Origin: the human T2T-CHM13v2.0 reference genome, Homo sapiens
DNA: 64,000 bases
NCBI RefSeq assembly: GCF_009914755.1
Contig: NC_060933.1
Reading direction: 5' to 3' (one strand)
Below the pieces are notes generated by a model. That model worked only from the letters and a program-made list of their open reading frames with translations. It searched no databases and was not told the DNA's origin. Position numbers and translations under genes: made by a program. This document shows positions 1-13,358 of the stretch, piece after piece. Every line of letters starts with the position of its first letter. The stretch's first letter is position 1.

Positions 1-1040
1 TAATCAACAGCAATCAGTTTAAATCCATTAAATTAGTTTTTGCATCCAAAATGTGGATGTGATTTTCAGATACTCTGAAGTCCAGTCTAAAATAGGACTT
101 TATACAATGTTTTTGAGCAAGAGAAACCTTACAGGAATAAGCGCATGGATTCACAGGGGAGCTTTGGCACCAGGAAGATACTCATATGGAGTTAAGACTT
201 CTTACAACAATTGCAAACACAGCTTCAATATTATTTGCCCACATGCTGAAAATATTAACAAGCTGACAGAGATGGGTGGGCTACCAGGGGACTTGCACAG
301 GAAACTCAATTTAAGCATCTTCCCCAGCCCATTCATCACAAGTCATTCATTTGATGTAGTCCTCCAAGAAAATCACCTTAACAACAAAAAAGGCAGCTGT
401 TCAGCTAACAGCCTGAATCACAGGGACAGGAAGTGAAGATGCCACAGGAGTTTTTCTGCTCACCCACTTGGTCTGCTGACCGAGCCCTGTGGAGTTATGG
501 AATTTGTGTCCACAACACAAGACTGGGCTATACTGAAGTTATTAGCAAGTGCAGTCTCTGTGTTTTGAGCTACTAGGGATTGAGACCAGAATGAAAAAAA
601 AAAGAAATGAGAAAACATCATTCTGGTATTCATACCTTTTAAGAGACTCAAAGTTCAGAATATGTGCCCTTTATCATATATTTTCATCCTGTACAAGCTT
701 TTTCAGATTAGATTTGCTGAAGCTTTGAAGGAGAGATCAACCTACTTCCTAGGCAAGGTTACTCCCATACATTTCCAATAAAATAGAAATGTTCACTACT
801 TGCCACCTGGATTATCTTTTTCTTCACTTGGATGTCCCTCCCCTGGGAAATGTCTGCTTGCTCGTGCTGTGTGCATGTATGTGCATTGGCAGCTAAAAGG
901 AATGCAATCAGAACCTGGTATTCTACGTGTTTCCCTGGTCATCACGCTCTGTTCACAGCTTCTCCTTTCATCATCCATTATCAATTTTTCCTAAATGACT
1001 TCCTCTAGATGCTGTAAGTCTCTTAACTATATCTTTCTAG

Positions 1041-1300
1041 TTGATTCACTCGCTCTTTCAGCAGACATTTACTGTGTACCTTCTTTGCACAGGACCCATG
1101 CTAGTTATTGAGAATAAACGATATATTGTTGAATTCAACAAACATGTATGTGCCAAGCCCATTTTCAATATGCTAGGGATCTCACAGTCTAACAGAAAAG
1201 AGAGGCAAACCAGAAGATATTTACAATAGAGAGGGAAAAGTGATGTTACACTAAGTAGAGAGTGTTTTGAAAGCACAGAATGGATGTGAAATCTGAGCAG
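1041..1300 (-). mobile_element. L2 3'-end relic
   Basis: ttcactcgctctttcagcagacatttactgtgtacc... resembles the reverse complement of the L2 3' tail; highly diverged, approximate bounds. Confidence 0.5.
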
Positions 1301-2723
1301 ACCCAGGGATATCCATGGAAAAGGGTTTTATTTCTTTCACTTTGGTTGAGCCAAATTCATGTTCCGGCTGTTTTTCAAGTATCTCTTATGAGTGGCATTG
1401 ATTGTTTTACACTGGGATACTCTTGAGGGAGAGCTATTTCTTGTTCTCAAGAAATCTGATCAACTGGTGTTCTCTACAACCTCACGTCCACCATCTTTCC
1501 ATCCCCAGCAACATCAGCACCTGTGCTGAGGTCTGCTTCTCTGGGTCCCTCTCCCTATCACTTTCCAAGCTGACAAGGGAAGGCAGAGCACTCAAGAAAA
1601 AATAAATAAACCAAATGACTTGGATCGTTTTCAAAACTTTTGTTGAAATAAAATATGAAAAACATCAAAACCTCATTGCATCTGTCTCTTTGCTTAGGAT
1701 TCATAGCTTATTCTGTGAACAACTTAACAATAAAATTTGTTCAACAGGTGAAATAGAAGATGGTGAAAATGTCAATCTGTTTTGAATCTGTTGAATTTTG
1801 TTTTGAATATGGCTTCCCTTCCTCCTAAGGACTGAGCCATCACTGGATAGAGCTCAATGTTACTTATTCTTGTTCAATATCCATGTAGGCCAGTAACCTC
1901 AAAGCCACATTAGGGAACACGCACTTACAAATTGAATGTTTACATTTGGATTGTTTGGGAGCAATTTTAAAAGGCCATGGCATGTCATACTTGTCATTGT
2001 GTTGAGGTACATTTTGGGATCTGGAGCTTCTTAAGTCTGGAAATTCATTAATTAGTGAGTGAGGCTATCCAACCATTCAGTATCCATATATAAGTTCTAC
2101 TTTGTTGCAGTTTACTAGTGACTGTGTATAATATTTTTTGCTGTATATAGATTTTATTGAAGCAATTATATGTAGTAATATTTCCAAGAAAATGAGAGAT
2201 ATACCAGCACCCAAGAATATATCTCGTCTAAATAATATCTCTTCTAAATATCCAATAATATAATACTCTGTTGCATTATCCACATTATCCTGTTTCCCCT
2301 TGGCACTGGCACAGTGACCAGCACAAAGAAGACACATCACAATTTTTTATTAGATAATATTTAATGCAGCATCAGCTAGTAGTATTTCCATGTGAGCTAC
2401 TTATAATGCTAAGGCAATCTAAAGAAATGCACAAGACTTGCATAAATTATTTTTCTAGGTTTCCCATTTTATTTTTCCGTTTTCAAAGGCTTAAGAAGAA
2501 TGCTTATCCATATACTTCCATTTTGAGGGCGTCATATGATGTTGTGCTGAACTCATGCAGCTTTCACATAAGGTGATATTTGGGAGTCTAACCTCTTCCT
2601 TTCTGGGGCTTGTATAATCCTTTCGTAAGCATGTGCTGTTACAATGAACTTTAGTTCTCTGATCTTAAATATGGTGTCCTCTGCCAACCCGGAACTTTAA
2701 TGATAAATTTGGCATTTAAGCAA

Positions 2724-3456
2724 CACTGTGGTAAATTTGCTAGAAAGAATATGGGCTCTGAAGCAGAGAGATAGTTTCTAATTGTGGTACATCCTCTTTC
2801 TACTTGCGCAATATCAGGACATTTAATGAACTCCTCTGAGATTTAGTTTCCTCACCTGTAAAAATGTGAATTGAAGTGAGTTGAATGGTGGGTCCCAAAA
2901 AGGTATGTCCACATCCTAATTCCCGAAGGCTGTGAATATTACCTTATAGGGAAAATAAATGAGTATTACCTTATATGGCAAAAGATATAACTAATTTAAG
3001 GATCTTGAAAGGGGGAACTTATCCTGGATATTCTAAATGGTCCTACATGTAATTATACACATCCTTATAAGAGAGAAGCAGAGGCAGTTTTCAGACAGAC
3101 GCATGGAGGAGGAGACATGCAGAGGAGAAGGAGTCAGTATCACCACAGAAGCAGAGATTGAAGTGACGTGGCCACCAGAAGCTGGAAAAGGCAAGGAACA
3201 AATTCTCCCTTTAGAACCTTCAGAGAGAGTGTGGCCCTATAGACACCTTGATTTCAGACTTTAGCCAGAACTATGAGGAATAAACTTCTGTTGTTTTAAG
3301 CCACAAAGTTTGCAGTCATTATTTTGGGCAGCCACTGGGCATGAATACAGGCATAATAGGCACCTTGCAGAGTCAGTGTAAGGATCAATGAGAATGTAAG
3401 TTAGAAACCTCAAAGTGGGCACTCAGTAAATAGTAACTATTGTGATTATCATTATT
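2724..3456 (+). mobile_element. MIR SINE split by an MLT1 LTR (pieces ~2724-2871 and ~3350-3456)
   Basis: MIR core (ctctgagatttagtttcctcacctgtaaaaatg) resumes after the LTR as gcataataggcacc...cactcagtaaatagtaactatt. Confidence 0.7.
2872..3349 (+). mobile_element. MLT1C/D-type MaLR solo LTR
   Basis: Start tgaagtgagttgaatggtgggtcccaaaaaggtatgtccacatcctaat; MLT1 3' part gctggaaaaggcaaggaa...aataaacttctgttgttttaagcca...aataca. Confidence 0.85.
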
Positions 3457-3598
3457 GCCTAGCCAGGTTGTATACATGCAGATGTTAAAACCAAAATTTG
3501 ACAGAATAAGCCTAATTTTTGCTTCCAAGAGATAAATAATCAACAAATGACCCCAACTCACTTTCCCAACGACATCTCCTACAACATAACTTATAGTT

Positions 3599-3722
3599 AG
3601 GGTAACTACATATTCCAGTTTGTCAGGCTGTCTTGGTTTATGCTTGTTATCCTACTGTACTTACAGATCACTCTTTTACTTTCAAAGGGCCTGAGTTGGA
3701 CAATAAATAATAAGGTAGGCCT
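3599..3722. mobile_element. MER94-like hAT-Blackjack MITE
   Basis: agggtaac...ccagtttgtc...gttggacaataaataataaggtaggcct follows the MER94 layout with degenerate TIRs. Confidence 0.6.
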
Positions 3723-4289
3723 GCCTATACACCAAGTATGCTGGAATAATAGCTGCTAGCAATCTTTGCATGTGTACCATGAGTCTGGAATCATTGTAAG
3801 CATTTAACTTGTATCAACTCATTTAATTGTCACAAGGCTTTATCCCCACTATGCCCAAGGATATACAGATAGTGAACAGTAAATTTGATGTTGCTTCTCA
3901 GACCAACCTGCATGGCTCAGAATCTAGACTACACTGCCACTTTATTACTTGACAATGCCCACTAAAGTATCCAATCTCACACCTCTTTGTGCTTACTAAT
4001 CAGTTCTCAGCTGCAGTGCTAAGCCATTGTTATATTTAAATATATTGTGAGAACTTCCATACACTATTTAACAATGGTACGAGTGTTGCATTTCCAAATT
4101 ATTTTTTAAATAAATTAGAGCCAACTCAAGATTCTACATACAATAACATAGCACTCATTTACCTGAAATTTGAGAAATAAGAGAAAGAAGGGAGAAAGAG
4201 CTGCAGTGAGAATGGGTATGCCCATAGGAATATGTGGCACATGGAAGCACTACTGAATCATGAACATTTCAGTAGCATTAAAAATGCTA

Positions 4290-4640
4290 AGAGCTACACA
4301 CTTTTCTCATCCTGTTGCCTTTGTCTGAAACATCTCCCTTCACAATCTCCCGTTGAACATCTACTATTTATTCAAGTCATAATTCATATGGCCATGAACA
4401 CATCCCCAAATATCCATGAAAAACAAATGGTTCCCTCTTTGGAAAGCTCATCATTAATAAATCAATTTTTCTTTGCATCATACCATGCTATGTTCCACAC
4501 TGATCTAAACACTGGTGTGTCTCCCTGGCTTCTCTGTAGAAAGCTGTGGGCAGGAACTGTATCTTTCCCTTTTCTGCAACCCAAGCACCAGTCACAGTTC
4601 TTTTCACACAGAAGAGGCTCTCAGTCAGTTAGTTTATAGG
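4290..4640 (+). mobile_element. L2 3' fragment
   Basis: Diverged L2 3'-region motifs (gaaacatctccctt...ttcaagtc...gggcaggaactgtatct). Confidence 0.5.
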
Positions 4641-4932
4641 TAGAATTGTGTCTCCTTTCACCATGCACATTTCTTTGGCCTAGGCTGCCATTCTGTAAAT
4701 ACTCTGCCCACTAACTGAACAGTCAGCATTCACTTGGTGAGAATATGTTGAATGCCCACTCTGTTCCAGGTAGGGAGCGAGAAGCTGAGAATACAGAAAT
4801 GAGCATCACTGTCACTCCTCACTAGACAGAAAGGAGTCTAGTGATTACTATAAGAGGTGGTGCTCATATTCAGTGTGTGAATTTGGAAGGATTTACCAAG
4901 GCTAAGAGGGAAAGGGCATTCTAGCTAGCTCT

Positions 4933-5038
4933 AGGGTACTCAAAGTGTGATCCACACATCAACAGCATCAGCTTCACCTAGGAGCCTGTTAAAAATGCAG
5001 AAAGTCAAGCCTTACGCTACATATCTACTGAATCAGAC
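4933..5038 (+). mobile_element. MER5A (hAT-Charlie) fragment
   Basis: ctcaaagtgtgatcc...cagcatcagcttcacctaggagcctgttaaaaatgcaga...tactgaatcaga. Confidence 0.75.
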
Positions 5039-5629
5039 GTGCATGGAATACATTGCCTGGGACCTGGAAAGCAGTCAGAAAATATTGCCTATTATTAGTG
5101 CTACAATATGTGAGCTGGATTTTGAATAACTAGGGGGTGTTTTCCAGAAAGATAAAAGAAGGAAAAAAATCCTGGCAGTGGAAAGTACCTGTGCACAGGC
5201 AGGCAGATATAAAACATAGTGAACTGAGACAGGGGAATGAATAAGGCATTTGCAGTAGCTGTATTGGACGGAGGTGACGACAGAAAGACTCTGGCGCGCT
5301 AAGTTAGGGGAATTTGTCAAAAGATCTTGAATGACATTCTCAATGCTTCCTTTTTATCTTGAGGATAATTGATATGTGTATACAAGAGAGTAATATAATG
5401 TGAATTTACTAGAAAGTATGGAAGATGGAATAAAGAGAGAAAAACCTAAAAGCAGAGTGAACTATTAAGAGTGTGTGACTACAGTCTTGCCAAGAGATGA
5501 TAGTTATGGCTGGGTTCAAGAGACTTTTCTGAATTAAAACTCCTAGGCTTCAGTGAGCAATTAGGTAACAGGATGACTGAGTTTCCTGTTTAGGATGACA
5601 AGAAGGATGATAGTGAAGCATCTTACCAG

Positions 5630-6120
5630 GTGCCTTAGTTAGGCTTAGAGAGCAGCTGCAATAACAGAAAAGTCATCGCCACCCCAAAATAACAGGTGTT
5701 GCAACAGAGAAATTTGTTTCTCTCTCAAGAAGTCCAGAGCTAGGCAATCCAGGACTGATACAATGCCCTACGATGTTGGGACAGAAGGTCCTTTTGTCTA
5801 TTAATTCTCCATGTAAAGACTCTCCTCTCAAGGTCACTTCATGGTCCAGGTTGCTGCACAAGTTTCAGCTCCAACCACCATCTCTTTATCCCAGCCATCA
5901 GGAAGGAAGAAATAGGTGAAGAAGGAAGAGTGCTTTCAGTGGCTGTCATTTAAACAGGGCTCCCAAACGTTGGCACATGATACTTTCACTTATTTCTTAC
6001 TAGAAAAAATAAGCAAGGGGGGCTTAAAAAGTAGATATTTTGGGGGTCGCCATTTTCCCAGTTAATAAAGATTCTGTTATAACGTTAGAAAGGTACAGTA
6101 GAAACAAGTAGCAATTTCTG
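5630..6120 (-). mobile_element. Old MLT1 (J/K-like) LTR inside an L2 relic
   Basis: Diverged MLT1-type blocks (gctgcaataacagaaa...aaatttgtttctctctc...); L2-like sequence on both flanks. Confidence 0.45.
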
Positions 6121-7156
6121 CCACCATCAAACAAGGAATGGAGAAGAGGAAGCAAGTTTTACCAAGGGAGCAATAAATGTTGACATTAAGGTAGCTATGG
6201 CGACATTCAATGAGAAATACCTAGGAGGCAGTTGGACACATGTCTCTAGAGTTTAGGATAGAGGTGTGAAAACAGAGATAGAAAGTTTACATGTCTTTCC
6301 TCCTGCTCCCAGTTGTCCTGAAATAGGCCTTTGAGGTGGTATAAGTAGCCTATTTATTCCATCCATAGAAAAATTTGCTGGCATGAAAACAAACCCACAA
6401 CAGAAATTATTGTGTTATGATTGTCAAAAATATAGAGTAATTCATAGGGTTTACAGGTAAGAACCTTCTCCCAGGACTGCTCAGTAGCTCTGCTACTGAT
6501 GCCCATGGGCAGGTCATATTTTTCTTGTCAGGTTTTGGAGCCATTCTTCATTTTGCTTCATGGATTTTGAGGCTATGAACATTTGAAACCCCTTATAGCA
6601 ACCTCTTTAAAACATACTTCATAACTTCATATCTCGGTGCTTATGCTTTGTCATGAATGACACTTATTTTCATGACTCTAAAATTATAGAATTTATTTTG
6701 AGAGTCAGAGCCCTTTTTTGATTCTATGGTATTTGGAAATCATGGGTACTCTTACTCCTGCTCTAAAGTCTGAAACTCTTAGAACGAAGGTCATTATTCT
6801 CCTCCAGCTGACCTTATATTCCCAAGGGACTACTCATTGTATTTCTATGAATAAGGGATTTAGGACACTAGAGATAATTCCATACACACTTTCCAGGAAT
6901 GAAAATGACTGACCTGCAGAGTTAACCAGCCACAAGTTAAAAGAGACATCAATAACTTGAGGAGGTCTAGAGAGTAACTCATATGGTGAGACGTCTAAAA
7001 ATCAAGTCCATATGGTACAGAGGGAGGAATCCTGAGAAGAGGGAAGCATAGTAGGATCACGAATATCAGACACATGGACAAGAAACACACTTACCTGTAA
7101 AATGAAAGCAAAAGGAAGAAGTCACATAAAAACTGATTCAATCTAAAATGACACAG

Positions 7157-9216
7157 CCTTCCCTATCAAAATTCTAATGACATTCTTCACAGATATAGGA
7201 AAAACAATCCTAAAATTTGTATAGAACCACAAAAGACCCTGGATAGCCAATGCAATCTTAAGGAAAAAGAATAAAGCTGGGGTATAATACTACCTGAAAT
7301 CAAAATATACTGCAGAGCTATAATAATCAAGACAGCATGGTACTGGCATAAAAGCAGACACTTAGACCAATGGAACAGTACAGACAGACCAGAAAATAAA
7401 CCCATACATTTACAGACAACTGAGTTTTGAAAAAGATAATAAGAACACATAATGAGAAAAGGACAGTCTTCAATAAATGGTGTTGGAGAAACTGGATATC
7501 CACATAGAGGAGACTGAAACTAGACCCTTATCTCACACCACATGCAAAAATTAACTCAAAATGTATTAAAAACTGAAACATAAGACCTGAAACTATTAAA
7601 CTACTAAAAATATAGGGAAATGCTTCATGACATTGATCTGGGCAATGATTATTTGGATATGACCCCAAAAGCATAGGCAACAAAAGCAAAAACAGATAAA
7701 TAATATTATATCAAAATAAAAAGCATCTGCATAGCAAAGGAAACAAAAGAGTGAAAAGCCAACCTATGGAATAGGAGGAAATGTTTGCTAACCACACATC
7801 TGATAAGTGGTTAATATCAAAAAATATATAAGGAACTAAAACAACTCAATAGCAAGAAAACAATTTAACCAGATTAAAAATAGACAAAGCACCTGAATAG
7901 ATATTTCTCAAAAGAAGACATACAAATGGTGAACAGGTTTATGAAAAAATGCTCAATATCACTAATCATCAGGGAAATGCAAATTAAAACCACAGTGAGA
8001 TATCACCTCACACCTGTTAGGTTGGCTATTATCGAAATGACAAATGATAACAAGTGCTAGTGAGGATGTGGAGAAAACGAAACCCTTGCACACTGTTGAT
8101 GGGAATATAAATTAGCAGAGCTATTACTGAAAATAGTACAGAGGTTCCTCAAAAAATTAAAAATAGAAATACCATATGATCCAGCAATCTCACTACTGGG
8201 TACATATCTACCATAATCAGTATGTCAAAGAGATAATGGCACTCCTATGTTTCTTGCAGCATTATTCACAATCATCAAGACAAAGAATCAACCCAAATAT
8301 TCAACAATGGATGAACAGTTAAAGAAAATGCGATATATATGCACAGTGGAATACTATTTGACCACAAAAAAGAAGAAAATCTTGTCATTCACAACAACAT
8401 GGATAAACCTTGAGGACATTATGTTAAATGAAATAAGTCAACCACAAAAAGACAAATATCATATGACCTCATGCATATTTGGAATATGAAAAATTTTATC
8501 TCAAAAACAGAGAGTAAAATGGTTGCTACCAGGAGCTGAGGTGGTGATGGAGGAGAGAGATGTCGATCAATGATACGAAATTTCAATTAGATAGGAGAAA
8601 TAAATTCAAGCGATCTATTGCACAACATGGTGACTATAGTTAATAGTGATATTTTGCTGCTATGGTTTGAATGTATCCCCCAAATTTCATTTGGAAATTA
8701 ATCTCCAAATTCATATGTCAATGGCATTTGGAGGCTGGGTCTTTGGGAAGTAATTAGGTTAAATACAATCATAAGGGTGGGGCCCCTATGATGGGACCTG
8801 TGGCTTTATAAGACGAGGAAGAGAGACCTGAGCTGGTATACACTTTCCCTGTCACTGTGTGATACCCTCCACCATGTTATGATGCAAGAAGGCCCTCACC
8901 AGATGTTGCCACCTTGCACTTGGACTTCCAAGCCTCCAAAGCTCTAAGAAATAAATTTATTTTTTAAATAAATTACCCAATCTATAGTATCCTGTTACAG
9001 CAACAGAAAATGGACTACAAAAATTGCATTCTTAAAAAATTCTAAGTAGGTCATAAGTGTTCTCACTGCAAAAACAATAACTATGTAAAGTAAAACATAT
9101 GTAAATTAGCTTGAGGTAGGCATTCCTCAAAGTACATATGTTTTAAAACATCATGTTGTACACGATAAACGTATACAAGTTTATTTGTGAATTTAATAAA
9201 ATAAATCATTAAAAAA
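7157..9216 (+). mobile_element. 5'-truncated L1MA (ORF2 C-terminus and 3'UTR), interrupted by an MST LTR
   Basis: ORF2 C-terminal peptide in ORF 8247-8489; L1MA 3'UTR; degenerate TSD ctaaaatgacacag (7143-7156) / ctaaaattagacag (9217-9230). Confidence 0.93.
8658..9022 (+). mobile_element. MST-type (MSTC/D-like) MaLR solo LTR
   Basis: tgctatggtttgaatgtatccccc...ataaattacccaatc...cagaaaatggact; near-TSD tttgc/attgc; host L1 3'UTR resumes after it. Confidence 0.85.
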
Positions 9217-9249
9217 CTAAAATTAGACAGATTTTCTAACACTTGAGAA

Positions 9250-10210
9250 TAACCTACTGAAAAAAAATTAGTCAAGCAGGAAGGAAGGCATCTCCAATGT
9301 AGTAAAGACTAGCTATGTCAATCAGTTTCCTATTTAACAATAAAACACCAGAGACATTTCCACTCAAAAACAAAACAATGATGCTTATTGTTGCCACTGT
9401 CATCTGCTGTTATTATGTAAATTCTAGGGATTAAAATATAACAATTAAAAGAAATAAGATGTATAATCATTGGAAAGGAGGTGACAAAAAAGTCATCATT
9501 TGCAGATGGTATGATGTATATATATATACCTAGAAATGCCAAACAAATCAACTGAAAAGCTATTTAAACTAACATGAGTTTAGGAAGATAGATAAGTACA
9601 GGAAAAAGTAGAAAACCAATAGTTTGTCTACATATCAATAGAAATGAATCAGAATATATAATCAAAAAATATCCCATTAGTAATGGAATGACAAACATCA
9701 ATTTCTAGTAATATACCTAACAAATTGCTGTGCTAAGTGCAATGGCACATAAGCAAAGTGAGCAAATCTGATCCCCCAAGTTCTCATTATCCCATTGAGA
9801 GTCATGCTTGGGCTGGGTTGTGCTCCAGGAGAGGGCCCTGGCCCCACATTACTTTACTTACTTGTATAAGGGAGGAGGGACACAGGAGAACACCAACTGA
9901 ATGTGCAATGATGTGAGCTATGTGTTCTTGGAAAGAGTCTTCTTAGAAAAGGGCAGCAAGCTAAGGCATCCCCAGCTCAGCCAGGATCTTAAAAATCAGC
10001 ACTATCTGTATCAGCCAGATAAATTGCCGTCCTGTTGAGCCAGCATAGGCCTGCTGATAGCTCATAACAAAGATACCAGAAATGAGAATGAGACTGCCTC
10101 CAAGGCCACACAGGAGATAAAACTTTTCTGCCTCCTCACTAGTAAATTGCAAGACCTCCATTAAGAAAAAGCAAAAAATTTCTGGGAAATGTTAAAGAAT
10201 ATTTCAATAA
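9250..10210 (+). mobile_element. Ancient L1M ORF2 (RT-region) fragment, interrupted at 9729-10143
   Basis: catttgcagatggtatgat (FADD-like region); resumes aaattgcaagacctcc after the insert. Confidence 0.65.
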
Positions 10211-10214
10211 ATAT

Positions 10215-11295
10215 CTTTATTCCACTTACTCGTTAATTCACTGACTAATATTTTTTGAGAACCTAGCCGGCCACCCACTGTCACAAATGCTAAGTAGACA
10301 ATGGTGAACTCTCATGGAGCTTAAAATCTAGGGGGAAAGACAATAAAAATAAGCAAATAATGAATCTATAATTAAAATCATGGCAAACATTAGAAATCAA
10401 ATAAATTCAGGGCAGTGCTAAAGAATACCCCTGGGGATGGAACTAGAATAGGCTAATTAAAAAAAGACAGTAAGAGAAGGTAATGTTTACAGTGAGACTT
10501 GAAGTATCAGAAAGACCACTTACACAAAGAGCAAAGAGAATAGTATTTCAAGAAGGAGAAACAATGTGAGCAAGAACCCTGGGTTCAAAAAGAGCTAGAA
10601 GTGTTCCAGGAACAGAAAAGAGGCCAATATCATTAGAAACAGTGGGCAAAAAGGATAATGGTGCAAAACGAAACTGGAGAGGGAAATGAGAATGGCTTGG
10701 GAAGCCATATTAAGCAGTTTGGATTTTATTTGAAGTGCAATAGGAAGACATTGATGGGTAATAGGCAAAACAGTTATATTATAAGGTTTATGGTTCTTAA
10801 AAAATTACTTTGGCTGCAGCATGCATGATGAGCCAGAGAAGGGAGAGTGGAAACAGGGAGATCATTCAGGAAAATATTGACATAGCACAGGAGAAATGAG
10901 CATGGCTCAGACTAAAGTGGCAATGGAGATGGAGGGAAGAGGACATATTTAGCTAATATATTGCAATCAAAAGGAATTCTTAGAGATTATATGTACAAGG
11001 TGAAACAGGAAAAAAAAAATCAAGGAAATCTTCCAGGTTTCTGGCTTAAACAACACAGGTCTTTGTGAAGTGGCAAAGACTAGACAAAAAGAGTTTCAAG
11101 GAAGAGAGCTCAAGAGTTTAGTTTTGAACATAGTACATTTAAAATGATTGTGGGATATCTAAGAGGAGCTGTCAAGTAGGCAGTCAACCCTAAGAGCCTA
11201 AACTCCAAGAAGAGATTTAAGCTAAAGATATAAATGGAGCTGTCAGCACATCAATGGCTTAAACCAGGAAAAGAATGAAATCAACCAGGAGAGCA
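10215..11295 (-). mobile_element. L2 fragment
   Basis: Typical reverse L2 motifs (ctctcatggagcttaaaatctag, gcagtttggattttatt...caataggaagacattg, aagagtttagttttgaaca). Confidence 0.75.
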
Positions 11296-11719
11296 GTTCG
11301 AAACTGAGTCATAATATTTGCCATATCTGTGTAGCACATCTATGTACTTTTTGTAGAAATCATTTTTCTAAAATGTCCACTTAAATACCCCCTTTAATGC
11401 CTTCCAAAGCAATCATAACTGTGAAATTGCCTGTTTAATATGAAAGTTACATTCTAATTTAACATGAAGTATAAAAAATATGTAACCATTAAAGGAAAAA
11501 TGTTTGCCCATATACCATCTAAAATCAGCTTTGACTCCTCTAGGAGAATGTATAACATCATTCAGGACATACTGACTAAAGGAGAAACATTGAGAGGATG
11601 TAAGAGCCTAGGAGTACTTAAATATTTAGACTTTGGGTGGAGGGAAAAACAAAAAACAAAAACCTGCAAAGACTGAGTAGCCGGAGAGAGAGGAAGGAGA
11701 TACACCAGAAAAGTTGGGG

Positions 11720-12115
11720 TATAGTGGGTGTCATGATGTGCCTGCCACTCAGAGTCCTATTCAGAAAGAAAGGACTTACTCCCCTACCCCACCTCACTGG
11801 GGACCTGCCTTCAGCTGGAGTTATCTGACTGCAGTCACATCCCCCTCCTCAGGGACAGCCGCGTCCAGTGGTTGTTCAGGGGGTCTAAAGGTGCAGCCTC
11901 CTCACCACCACTCAGGACAACTCTGAAGGGCCTGTTCAGTCTCATGGGGTTGGCCAAAATTTTTGTGGACATGCATCACAGCCCAACTTCGCCTTCTGTT
12001 CTTTTCTATTTCCTTCCCTTCCCCCACAGTTATTGAATCCCAAGAGCACTCCGTCATCACTTCCTGTATGCTGATCTCTGTCTCAAAGTTGTCTTTCTGG
12101 GGAACTCATGCTGCA
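11720..12115 (+). mobile_element. LTR16C-like ERVL solo LTR
   Basis: ggacaactctgaagggcc...gcatcacagcccaacttc...atcccaagagcactcc...tctcaaagttgtctttctggggaac. Confidence 0.7.
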
Positions 12116-12746
12116 TTATGTGGTATTTCAAAAGGAAAAAGGGAAGAGTGTTTCAGGAAAAAAGAAAATACTGAAAAGTCAGATAAGAAGCCATAACACT
12201 ATTCTTGGTAGGAGGCCTCAGTAATTGCAAATATGCAAATTTTCATCAACTTTATTTGGGTATTGTGTGGAAGAGAAAAACATCTAACTGAAAAAATAAA
12301 CAAGTGAAAAACTTTTTTAAATCTTTGAAAAGAGAAAATAATAATAGAAGATCATCATTTCTCTAGAATCTAGATAGTAAAACACACTGAAGAGTGACAA
12401 CGAGTCATACAGTATAGGGTTGATGACAGAATAAAAACAGTTTAAGAATAAATGTAAAACCCAAAATAGATTTAAATCAATATATAAAAATACATATACA
12501 TAAGTAAGAGTAATTCAGGTAAAAAATGAGAGCTAGAGTTTTTCAGCAAATGAATTCACATTCTCAAGGGCCCAGGTGTTTGAGAGGAAAACAATTCAAC
12601 AAACAGAAATTCGTTATACCCACAGCAAATACAAAGAAAAAGAGCATGGCATGCTATAAGACAAAAAAGATAATTAGATCAAGAACCTACTAAATCATAC
12701 AGAAGATTTCGATTTTGTCCTAAAGGCAATGGGAAATCATCAAAGG

Positions 12747-13071
12747 CTGTGCTGTCCAGTATGATAGACACTAAACCTATGTGCCTGCATGGACTTCAAA
12801 TATGGGTAGTCCACACTGAGAGATGCTCAAATAGAAAGTATTTCATGGAAAATTTTATAAACTGTTTATATAAAAAAGTATGTAAAATATTGAATTAATA
12901 ATTTTTATATTGATTTTGTTGAAATCATAATATTTTGACCATACTGGGTTAGACATAATATATTCTTAAAATAAATTTTATCTGTCTCTTTCCTTCTTTA
13001 CTGTAGCTACTAGAAAGTTTTAAATTACATATATGGCTCCCATTTATGCATATCATATTTCTATCAAACAG
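12747..13071. mobile_element. MER33-like hAT-Charlie MITE
   Basis: ctgtgctgtccagtatgatag...tagctactagaaagttttaaattacatatatggctc...atatttctatcaaacag; ~325 bp. Confidence 0.75.
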
Positions 13072-13331
13072 GATCAACATGAGCTCATCAAACCAGAAAG
13101 TTACATGATTAATTTTGCATTTTAAAGATATCTCTCTGGCTTTAGTGTGTCTCCTCCATTTCCCATTTAAGTTCATGCTGGGTTTTTGATCTTTTAACTT
13201 TCTTCATCCCATCCTCTTACCGGCCCCATGCAACACCCTCCTCACCATCACATTATCCTCTTAGGTAAATATCTTGTTCTAATAAGTAACAGGCCATTTG
13301 CATAGGATTTCTGGGCTGGGAGAATGTTGGG

Positions 13332-13358
13332 TTGTTTGTTTGTTTGTTTGTTTGTTTG
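13332..13358 (+). repeat. (TTTG)n microsatellite
   Basis: Direct reading: gtttgtttgtttgtttgtttgt. Confidence 0.9.

Noticed and set aside
395-435. E-box/AP-1-like/ETS motif trio (cagctg, tgaatca, acaggaagtg)
   Set aside because: Short motifs with no further support; compatible with chance.
53-436. 127-aa ORF, and similar ORFs such as 4232-4639
   Set aside because: Non-ATG or weak start, no recognisable domain, no exon structure; expected by chance.
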